Positions 8,144-14,935 of a DNA stretch of 14,935 bases are shown piece after piece. Position 1 is the first letter of the stretch. The number at the start of each line of letters is the position of its first letter. A program made the translations under genes and the position numbers. Below the pieces are notes generated by a model that worked only from the letters and a program-made list of their open reading frames with translations, made no database searches and was not told the origin of the DNA. The stretch comes from a bacterium (lineage in GTDB: Bacteria > Hinthialibacterota > Hinthialibacteria > Hinthialibacterales > Hinthialibacteraceae): positions 1 through 14,935 of the forward strand of contig JBHGBC010000153.1 of NCBI GenBank assembly GCA_041946805.1. Reading direction: 5' to 3'.

Positions 8144-9097
8144 TTACGCCTTACAAAGCCATTCATAAAAGGAACCGCTGAATTTTTCAAGGATGGAAGA
8201 ACGGAGGGAGGAGCCGATGGATTTTTCACCGGTGGTTTTGATCTGTTCCGGCGTCTCGATATTTTGCCGGACATCATCGAGGAAGCGGGCGGCGTCCCCG
8301 ATCAATCCGCATTCGCCACGGAGAACGCCGGTCTGTTCCCGCAGGCAATCTTCGATCGCGTGAATCACCTGGCTGTTGATCTTGCCCTGGATCTTGGGGA
8401 TTTCCACCCCCCGCTTTTGGATGGCGGCCAAGAGCTGCACAAGCGATTTGAGGTTGAAGGGATTGATCGCTTCGGGATCGGTTTTCAATTGAGCGAGCAG
8501 CTCGCCGTTCAGGTACACACACAACCGTTCCAGCAATTCGGCCTCACATTGATAGATGGTACGTTGGGCTTCCAGAAATATCCCCAGCCCTTCGAGGTAC
8601 TCGGAAACCAACGGCTGGACCGCGGCGTAATCGGGATGTCCCGTATCCAGGAACTGAAGCATCTTCTTTTTGATTTCGTGGGTGAGGATCAATTGCCGGG
8701 GGCATCCATCCTCCTGCCGCCGGAGGAGATCCGAATAGTGGCCGCGTTCGGTCACGCCGAAATGATCATAACGGATCACGAACAGGAAATAGCAGATCTT
8801 TTTGGAACACGCGAGCGAATGCAGGCTGTCCTGATAACAGGCCAGGTCATTGGTGGTGAGGTAAGCAGGCAGGAGATCGGATTCCTCGATGGGGAAAAAT
8901 TCCAGGTTTTGAATTCGTTGGGAGAAGATCTTGTGTTTGGCCGACCGCCGGAACACGATCTCGATATTGTCGAGCAAGAGTTTGCCGTTTTTGGTTTGCC
9001 GAATCGCTTTCCGAGGATCCTCCGCCTGGCTCATTTGCCCGTAATCCGCCAACAGATCGTCTATCAGCTGTTCCGCCGCTTGCATGTAGCCTTTCAT
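8144..9097 (-). CDS. hypothetical soluble, predicted helical protein (317 aa)
   Basis: ATG 9097 (MKGYMQAAEQ) is preceded by AGAGGA. The longer ORF-track extension to 9382 runs through REP palindromes. No family recognised. Confidence 0.7.
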   Translation of the reverse strand: MKGYMQAAEQLIDDLLADYGQMSQAEDPRKAIRQTKNGKLLLDNIEIVFRRSAKHKIFSQRIQNLEFFPIEESDLLPAYLTTNDLACYQDSLHSLACSKKICYFLFVIRYDHFGVTERGHYSDLLRRQEDGCPRQLILTHEIKKKMLQFLDTGHPDYAAVQPLVSEYLEGLGIFLEAQRTIYQCEAELLERLCVYLNGELLAQLKTDPEAINPFNLKSLVQLLAAIQKRGVEIPKIQGKINSQVIHAIEDCLREQTGVLRGECGLIGDAARFLDDVRQNIETPEQIKTTGEKSIGSSLRSSILEKFSGSFYEWLCKA

Positions 9098-9282
9098 GTT
9101 CGTGTTTCCTCTCCGGGCCAGGGGATGAAGGATCCATACGAATGCAGCGGCAAGCCATGACCATGCGAAACGCAGGTATTGTAAACCGGCGGGAGGGGCT
9201 TCGGCTAGCTCAAAATTGCACAAGAGGATTTTCCCGCCCACGAAATCGGGCCGGGGGCCGATTTTAATCAAGCATAGTTCAA

Positions 9283-9310
9283 GATGTCGTCCCCGCGAAA
9301 ACGGGGATCC
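9283..9310 (+). repeat. REP-like palindrome, second copy of the 2392-2419 element
   Basis: GATGTCGTCCCCGCGAAAACGGGGATCC versus GATGTCATCCCCGCGAAAGCGGGGATCC. Confidence 0.75.
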
Positions 9311-9334
9311 GGTATTGTTGGCAAGCCCTTTTTT

Positions 9335-9361
9335 GTAGGGCGCGTTGCAACGTGCCCCTAC
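9335..9361. repeat. GTAG-type REP palindrome
   Basis: GTAGGGCGCGTTGCAACGTGCCCCTAC: imperfect palindrome with a GTAG foot on both strands. Confidence 0.75.
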
Positions 9362-9405
9362 TTTATATAAGCCCTTCATCAATCACGCGGGAGGAACAAA
9401 AGACC

Positions 9406-9432
9406 AGGGCGGACACGAAGGTCCGCCCCTGC
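9406..9432 (-). repeat. GTAG-like REP palindrome variant
   Basis: Minus strand reads GCAGGGGCGGACCTTCGTGTCCGCCCT, with stem GGGCGGAC/GTCCGCCC. Confidence 0.65.
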
Positions 9433-9471
9433 TATTCAACCTCGGCAAAACATCTTGCCCCGTTCTTCCTT

Positions 9472-9502
9472 CCTCCGCGCCCTCCGCGCCTCGGCGGTGA
9501 AA
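9472..9502. repeat. short tandem repeat (CCTCCGCGC x2 plus degenerate unit) next to the tex stop codon
   Basis: cctccgcgc cctccgcgc ctcggcggtgaa. Confidence 0.55.
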
Positions 9503-9507
9503 ATGTT

Positions 9508-11826
9508 TTATTGCTTCTTCTTCCGCATCGCTTCCGCGAAGGCCTCGGCGATCGCGTTGTTGGGTTTGAATTTCTGATGCGGTTGCTTTTCCCGTGGACT
9601 CCGCGGCCCCTTGGATTCGGCCGCCGGAGGCTTTTTCTTGTCCTCGGCGCGATCCTCCAGCCGCATGGTCAGGGCGATGCGCTTACGCGGCAGATCGACT
9701 CCCACCACCTTGACCTTCACCACGTCACCGGTCTTCACCACATCGCGGGGATCGCGGACGTATTGGTGCGATAGGGCCGAGATATGCACCAGGCCGTCCT
9801 GATGCACGCCGATGTCCACGAACGCCCCGAAGTTGGTGACATTGGTCACCACGCCTTCCAGGATCATCCCCGGCTGGAGGTCTTCCATCGACACGATGTT
9901 GTCCTGGAAGACGGCGGTCTTGAATTCGGGCCGGGGATCCCGCCCGGGCTTTTCCAACTCGGCCAAGATGTCCTTCACCGTGGGCACGCCGAATTGTTCG
10001 TCGGCGAAATCCTCCGGCGAGAGCGAGCGCAGGAACGCGCTGTCGCCGATCAGCGGCCGGATGTCCTTGCCGCTGGCGGCCACGATGCGCTCCACCACCG
10101 GGTAGGCTTCCGGATGCACCGCCGAGGCATCCAGCGGATTGTCGCCGTTCATGATGCGCAAAAAGCCGGCCGCCTGCTCGAAGGTCTTCTCGCCCAGCCG
10201 GGGGACTTTCTTCAACTCCAGGCGGTTTTTGAACGGCCCGTTCTGGTTGCGGAATGCCACGATGTTCCGGGCCAGCGATGGATTCAATCCCGCCACGTAG
10301 GTCAGCAGCGAAACCGAGGCGGTATTCACATCCACGCCCACGGCGTTGACGCAATCCTCCACCACGTTGGCCAGCGTGCGCCCGAGCTGGGTTTGGCTCA
10401 CGTCATGTTGATACTGCCCCACGCCGATCGACTTGGGATCGATCTTCACCAACTCGGCCAGCGGATCCTGCAGCCGCCTGCCGATCGACACCGCCCCGCG
10501 CAGCGAGACGTCCAATTCGGGAAATTCCTTCGCCGCCAGCTCCGAGGCCGAGTACACCGACGCTCCCGCCTCGGACACCACCAGCTTGGTCAGGTTCAAT
10601 TCGGGATGGCGTTTCATCAGGTCGTGGACCAGTTTGTCCGTTTCGCGCGACGCCGTGCCGTTGCCGATGCTGATCAGTTCGATCCGGTGTTTGCGGCACA
10701 TCTCCGCCAGCGTGGCGATCGACTCGTCCCACGCGTTGCGGGGCTCGTGCGGGTAGATCGCCGCCGTCTCGACGCACTGGCCGGTCTCGTCCAGCGCCGC
10801 CACCTTGACCCCCGTCCGCAGGCCGGGATCCAGGCCCAGGGTCGGGCGCGGACCGGCGGGCGCGGCCAGCAGCAGGTCGCGCAGGTTGTGGGCGAATACC
10901 CGGATCGCCTCCTCTTCCGCCGCCTTCCACAGCCGCATCTTCAGGTCCACGTCCAGGTGATTGAAGATCCGCACCTTCCATGCCCAGCGCACGGTTTCCC
11001 GCAGCCAGGCGTCCGCGGGGCGCCCCTGGTCCTCGATATGCTTGTGCCGGGCGATCATTTCCTCGCACAGGGTGGCCTCCTTGCGCTCCGCCGCCTCTGC
11101 GTCGCGTTCGAGAGACAGGGTGAGTTGCAGCACCCCTTCGTTGCGGCCCCGGAACAAGGCCAGCGCCCGGTGTGACGGGATCTTTTTGAGTTCTTCCTGG
11201 TAATCGAAATAATCCGAGAACTTCGCCCCCTCGATCTCTTTCCCCTCGATCACCTTCGAGCGCAGCACGGCGTTTTCCCATACCGTCTCGCGCAGCCCGC
11301 CGATCAGCTCGGCGTCCTCGGCGAATTCCTCCATGAGGATCTGCCGCGCGCCCTCGAGGGCCGCCGCCGCGTCCTCCACCTTCTTTTCGGGATCGATATA
11401 CTTCGCCGCTTCCGCTTCCGGAACCAGAAGGGGATCGGCCAGCAGGTCATGCGCCAGCGGCTCCAGCCCGGCCTCGCGCGCGATCTGGGCCTTGGTGCGC
11501 CGCTTGGGTTTGAAGGGCAGATAGAGGTCTTCCAGGCGGGTCTTGGTGTCCGCCTCCTGGATGGCGGTTTGAAGTTCAGGCGTGAGTTTGCCTTGCTCCT
11601 CGATGCTCTTCAGGATGACCTCGCGCCTTTCGTCCAGCTCGCGCAGATACCGCAGCCGCTCTTCCAGTGTTCGCAGTTGCGTGTCGTCCAACCCGCCGGT
11701 CACTTCCTTGCGGTAGCGGGCGATGAAGGGAACCGTGGACCCTTCGTCCAGCAGCCGGACCGCCGCCTCCACTTGCTTATCCTGAACCGCCAATTCTTCC
11801 GCGATACGTGTTTCAATGCTTTTCAT
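9508..11826 (-). CDS. tex: Tex family RNA-binding transcriptional accessory protein (YhgF)
   Basis: [32 protein letters not shown], YqgF-like [13 protein letters not shown] and [37 protein letters not shown], HhH region, C-terminal S1 domain ([26 protein letters not shown]). Confidence 0.97.
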   Translation of the reverse strand: MKSIETRIAEELAVQDKQVEAAVRLLDEGSTVPFIARYRKEVTGGLDDTQLRTLEERLRYLRELDERREVILKSIEEQGKLTPELQTAIQEADTKTRLEDLYLPFKPKRRTKAQIAREAGLEPLAHDLLADPLLVPEAEAAKYIDPEKKVEDAAAALEGARQILMEEFAEDAELIGGLRETVWENAVLRSKVIEGKEIEGAKFSDYFDYQEELKKIPSHRALALFRGRNEGVLQLTLSLERDAEAAERKEATLCEEMIARHKHIEDQGRPADAWLRETVRWAWKVRIFNHLDVDLKMRLWKAAEEEAIRVFAHNLRDLLLAAPAGPRPTLGLDPGLRTGVKVAALDETGQCVETAAIYPHEPRNAWDESIATLAEMCRKHRIELISIGNGTASRETDKLVHDLMKRHPELNLTKLVVSEAGASVYSASELAAKEFPELDVSLRGAVSIGRRLQDPLAELVKIDPKSIGVGQYQHDVSQTQLGRTLANVVEDCVNAVGVDVNTASVSLLTYVAGLNPSLARNIVAFRNQNGPFKNRLELKKVPRLGEKTFEQAAGFLRIMNGDNPLDASAVHPEAYPVVERIVAASGKDIRPLIGDSAFLRSLSPEDFADEQFGVPTVKDILAELEKPGRDPRPEFKTAVFQDNIVSMEDLQPGMILEGVVTNVTNFGAFVDIGVHQDGLVHISALSHQYVRDPRDVVKTGDVVKVKVVGVDLPRKRIALTMRLEDRAEDKKKPPAAESKGPRSPREKQPHQKFKPNNAIAEAFAEAMRKKKQ

Positions 11827-12232
11827 GCGCTTGATTATCCCTCACCGTCGGCATCTCATCCCCTCGGGGAAACGGCATCCATTGTATTCCAAACCTGGGG
11901 GAATCAAGAGAGTGGAGGGAGGAACATAACGCAACGTCAACCAAGGCGTGGGCGCGAGGACCGGGAAGGCCTCAAGCTGTATGAGGTTTTAAGGCGATGG
12001 AGAGTATATGGAAATTCCATTGTTCGAAATAAATAGCGGACAGAATCAAATAAATATGATAAATAGAAAATAGGAATTGATTTTTCTTTTAGTTTCGACT
12101 TTTCTTCGATTTATTCGTAATAATGATTGGATGGCGAGGATAGAATCCGCTGCACCATAGGCTGGCTGGGAAAGGAGACCTGCGGTTTATTAAAGCGGCT
12201 CATAAGGGATGAGGTGAGGTTTGGGGTATGGC

Positions 12233-12772
12233 ATGGCTGAGAAAAAACCGGTCCTCGAGGAAATCATTCGCATGACAGGCCCGGAGGCCGTGAAGCGGGC
12301 ATACGAAATCCTGGGTGAAAGCGCGGAGACCGAGGATATCGTCCAGGAAACATTTATAAAAGTATATGAGAGGCTGCTCCGGGGTGAAATCATCCGGCAT
12401 CCCCGCACCTACTTTTTTCGTGTACTCAAAAATCTATGCGCGGATTACCGGAGGCAAAGCAGAATCACGGTGCCGGATAGCGTCCTCACCCCGCGGAGTG
12501 ATCCGGCTCTCTCGCCCCAGGAGCGTACGATCGAGGCGGAGGAGGAAGAGTGCTTCCGGAAATTAGTGGATCGGTTGCCCCCCAATCAGGGGAAAGCCTT
12601 GATTCTCAACCACTTCGAGAGAAAAACGTATCGCGAAATCGCACGGGAATTGGGAAAAACGGAGAAAGCGGTCGAATGCCTGCTGGCCAAAGCCCGAAAG
12701 CAGTTACGGAAAATTTTGGAAAAAGAGAGGGTTTTAGCGGAGGTTTTGCGTCTATTAGATAGAGAAAAATGA
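12233..12772 (+). CDS. ECF-type RNA polymerase sigma-70 factor
   Basis: Region 2 AYEILGESAETEDIVQETFIKV...FFRVLKNLCADYRR and region 4 LVDRLPPNQGKALILNHFERKTYREIARELGKTEKAVECLLAKARKQLR; about 180 aa. Start is either ATG 12233 or TTG 12221. Confidence 0.92.
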   Translation: MAEKKPVLEEIIRMTGPEAVKRAYEILGESAETEDIVQETFIKVYERLLRGEIIRHPRTYFFRVLKNLCADYRRQSRITVPDSVLTPRSDPALSPQERTIEAEEEECFRKLVDRLPPNQGKALILNHFERKTYREIARELGKTEKAVECLLAKARKQLRKILEKERVLAEVLRLLDREK

Positions 12773-12859
12773 AATCAAGGTGAAGGGAGGTTTGAACGCA
12801 TGAGACCGAATCTGAAAGCTGTATTCTGAAATACCTTCATACGAAAGGAGTGAATGACT

Positions 12860-13330
12860 ATGCGCAGTATGATTCTAAATCTTTTGAAAAAAAAGAAATA
12901 CATTGCATTTGTAAGCCTGATTCTATTGGGGATTATCATCGCGTATAATGCATCCGATTCCTTTTCCCAAAGTGCATGCCCATCCTGCTCATCACAAGAT
13001 GTCTGGAAAGATGGCTGTGGTGCATTGAATCAATGTGTGGATGCAGTGGTTTTTGAAGAATTGGCTTGTTGCTATGGGGTTAATGAAGTTCCATGGGATA
13101 GCCAATGCGCAAGCACCGAGACCCCGGTTTGGACGGTTTATTGGACACTAACAGGTACTTGTACGGATCCCAATGTATCAAATTGTCCGGGATCATCTGA
13201 ACCCAATGGATTCGGAGCTCGATGCTTCAATAAAGCATCATGGAATTATGTTAGCTATCATGGTTGTGGATTATTGCGATTTCAGTTTGAGGTTTTAATT
13301 AATTATGTAAAATGTGGGATACCCGTATAA
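12860..13330 (+). CDS. secreted or membrane-anchored cysteine-rich protein (12 Cys)
   Basis: RBS AAGGAG at 12845-12850 (ATG 12854 is an alternative start). KKKK plus a hydrophobic segment forms a signal peptide or anchor, followed by about 120 aa with 12 Cys. Confidence 0.8.
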   Translation: MRSMILNLLKKKKYIAFVSLILLGIIIAYNASDSFSQSACPSCSSQDVWKDGCGALNQCVDAVVFEELACCYGVNEVPWDSQCASTETPVWTVYWTLTGTCTDPNVSNCPGSSEPNGFGARCFNKASWNYVSYHGCGLLRFQFEVLINYVKCGIPV

Positions 13331-13372
13331 ACAAAATGAATGAAACCCTTGTATCAGAAAAGGAGTCAGATC

Positions 13373-14320
13373 ATGAGAACCATGATTCTTTCACTGGGTG
13401 TTTTGAGCAGCTTGTTAGTTTATCCCGCCTTGGGGATGGACAACCTGTCGATTGTGGAACTGAAATCCTTGATTGAAAGGGAACTCGGCGGTATTCAAGC
13501 ATTTGAACTGCAGTATGCGGGAACCATGACGGTTCCACCGGTTCAAGAGTCCAGCGCGATGTCACCGGAATTTTGCCGAAAACAGATCGCTTCATTGAAG
13601 CAAACCTTGGAGAAGCGGAAAGCGGGCCTGTTGACACCGGATGAGGCGGTTATGCAAGCGGATATCACGGATGATCAAATCGAGGATTCGATTGCCAAAC
13701 TCGAGAAAATGATCAGCGGCGGCCTGCAATTCGAGTCGTATTACGTTTTTTCCTGTCTTGAAAACAAAATGCGGGAGGACGTTTTCCGCGCCAATGATAC
13801 CACGGGTCATCATTATTATCTGTTCGATGGTGAAAAAGGATATGTCATTTTCCCCGAGAAAAAGCGGATCGATATTTCACCCGGATTCACGCAACGCTGG
13901 CGGCTGCCTGTAACCCGTGGCGGATTTGGCTTCAACCTGGATTATTTCACTGGTGAGGGTTTCACGATCACCCGCCTGGATCCTCAGTTCCATGTGATCC
14001 AAACTGCGCCGGAGAATGGAAATCCGGGTGAACAATTCGCTTTTACATTGCTGCGTGATAACCCGGTCTATTGGGAAAAGGCAGAAGCCCTGAATGAGCA
14101 AGGTCAGGTGGTCAAGAGGGTGATTTGTGAAAACTTTGATCAGACCGGGCCGGTCTGGGTTCCTCAGGTTATCAAGATTCAGGAACGCCAGGGCATAAAC
14201 TTCCACGATTCCATTTCCTTGACCCTCGTGTCCGCCAAGTTCAACGACGCCGAATTTCCGCCGAGATTTTTCGAACTTCCACAAAACGACAACTATGTGA
14301 CAAAAACCTATAACCGGTAA
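13373..14320 (+). CDS. exported protein, probable LolA / outer-membrane lipoprotein-sorting-like fold
   Basis: RBS AAGGAG at 13360-13365, signal peptide ending PALG, YYLFDGEKGYVIFPEKKRIDI (LolA-like DG strand motif) and C-terminal NFDQTGPVWVPQVIKI...LTLVSAKFNDAEFPPRFFELP. Confidence 0.65.
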   Translation: MRTMILSLGVLSSLLVYPALGMDNLSIVELKSLIERELGGIQAFELQYAGTMTVPPVQESSAMSPEFCRKQIASLKQTLEKRKAGLLTPDEAVMQADITDDQIEDSIAKLEKMISGGLQFESYYVFSCLENKMREDVFRANDTTGHHYYLFDGEKGYVIFPEKKRIDISPGFTQRWRLPVTRGGFGFNLDYFTGEGFTITRLDPQFHVIQTAPENGNPGEQFAFTLLRDNPVYWEKAEALNEQGQVVKRVICENFDQTGPVWVPQVIKIQERQGINFHDSISLTLVSAKFNDAEFPPRFFELPQNDNYVTKTYNR

Positions 14321-14349
14321 AGGGACTCCCGACTGGAAGGAAACTATGA

Positions 14350-14385
14350 GCCTCTCCTCTCTCCACCCGAGGAGAGGGGAGAGGC
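14350..14385. repeat. strong intergenic hairpin (REP-like or terminator/stabiliser)
   Basis: GCCTCTCCTCTCTCC-ACCCGA-GGAGAGGGGAGAGGC: 15-bp stem with one G-U pair and no clear U-tract. Confidence 0.7.
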
Positions 14386-14412
14386 ATTTGAAATCAAATA
14401 TCATGGAGTAGA

Positions 14413-14877
14413 ATGATCATGATCAGACAATCATTTAACCTTGTGTCGATTTTTGTCGTTCTATTTACATTGCCGATTGCGATATTCGCACAGCATGCAT
14501 CCCCATCCGCGGAAAAACAGTTTCTGAAAAAGCCTCCCGAAATTGATCGAAATGACGCCGTGAATGCTGAGGTATTAAGAAACGTGATCGGCTTTCCCTT
14601 CTCGGTGGATGGTTTGGACGCCAAAACTCAAAAATTCATGAAAAGCGTCCACAACAATGAATTGATCGGTATAAAAAAGGAGATTCTCGAGGCGTATTGG
14701 AACAATCACCTGTCCGAAGAGAACCGGCTCGGTTATTTGCGGGAAACCATCCAGCGGAATTACGCGAAAGCCGCCGATGTCACCTGCAATACGATGGCCG
14801 ACATCGCAGCGTCGGTACGCGCGATCACAGTCAACCAGAACGGCACTGCGAGAAAGAAGAGAGGTGAACCGAAGTGA
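14413..14877 (+). CDS. hypothetical exported protein
   Basis: GGAG at 14405-14408 (ATG 14419 is an alternative start); Sec-type signal peptide ending IAIFA|Q; 154 aa. Confidence 0.65.
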   Translation: MIMIRQSFNLVSIFVVLFTLPIAIFAQHASPSAEKQFLKKPPEIDRNDAVNAEVLRNVIGFPFSVDGLDAKTQKFMKSVHNNELIGIKKEILEAYWNNHLSEENRLGYLRETIQRNYAKAADVTCNTMADIAASVRAITVNQNGTARKKRGEPK

Positions 14878-14935
14878 AGATCAACCTGTGGCAAGTCCTG
14901 CCATACCTGCTCCCCGTGCTGGCCTACCTGCTCGG
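14874..14935 (+). CDS. 5' end of a hypothetical membrane or exported protein (MKINLWQVLPYLLPVLAYLL...)
   Basis: GTG overlaps the preceding stop codon (GTGA), GAGGTG lies at 14861-14866, and the N-terminus is hydrophobic and open to the window edge. Confidence 0.5.
   Translation, partial: MKINLWQVLPYLLPVLAYLL

Noticed and set aside
9098..9382. 95-aa N-terminal extension of the 8144 ORF
   Set aside because: Runs through REP palindromes; a better RBS and ATG exist at 9097.
5297..11175. Long antisense ORFs (5297-6514, 7070-8116, 8264-9160, 9784-11175 and others)
   Set aside because: Shadow frames opposite well-supported genes in GC-rich DNA, with no recognisable motifs.
12860..13330. c-type cytochrome or classical RiPP precursor
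   Set aside because: No CxxCH motif, no double-glycine leader, and no modifying enzyme in the window.

Overview
GC-rich bacterial chromosomal region. Left and centre: a minus-strand GT-C (ArnT/PMT-like) membrane glycosyltransferase running off the left edge (absent from the ORF track), an unknown membrane protein, a DEAD-box RNA helicase with an unusual N-terminal RRM-like domain and acidic linker, a TerB-like protein, a ~1090-aa GT-C fused to large extracytoplasmic domains, an orphan helical protein, and Tex. Several REP-like palindromes lie in the intergenic spaces. From ~12.0 kb the sequence becomes more AT-rich and carries a plus-strand cassette: ECF sigma factor with no recognisable anti-sigma, a secreted 12-cysteine protein, an exported LolA/outer-membrane-sorting-like protein, another exported protein, and a gene truncated by the window edge. 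This cassette is the best candidate for an undescribed system. All family calls come from motif recognition by eye; no searches were run.
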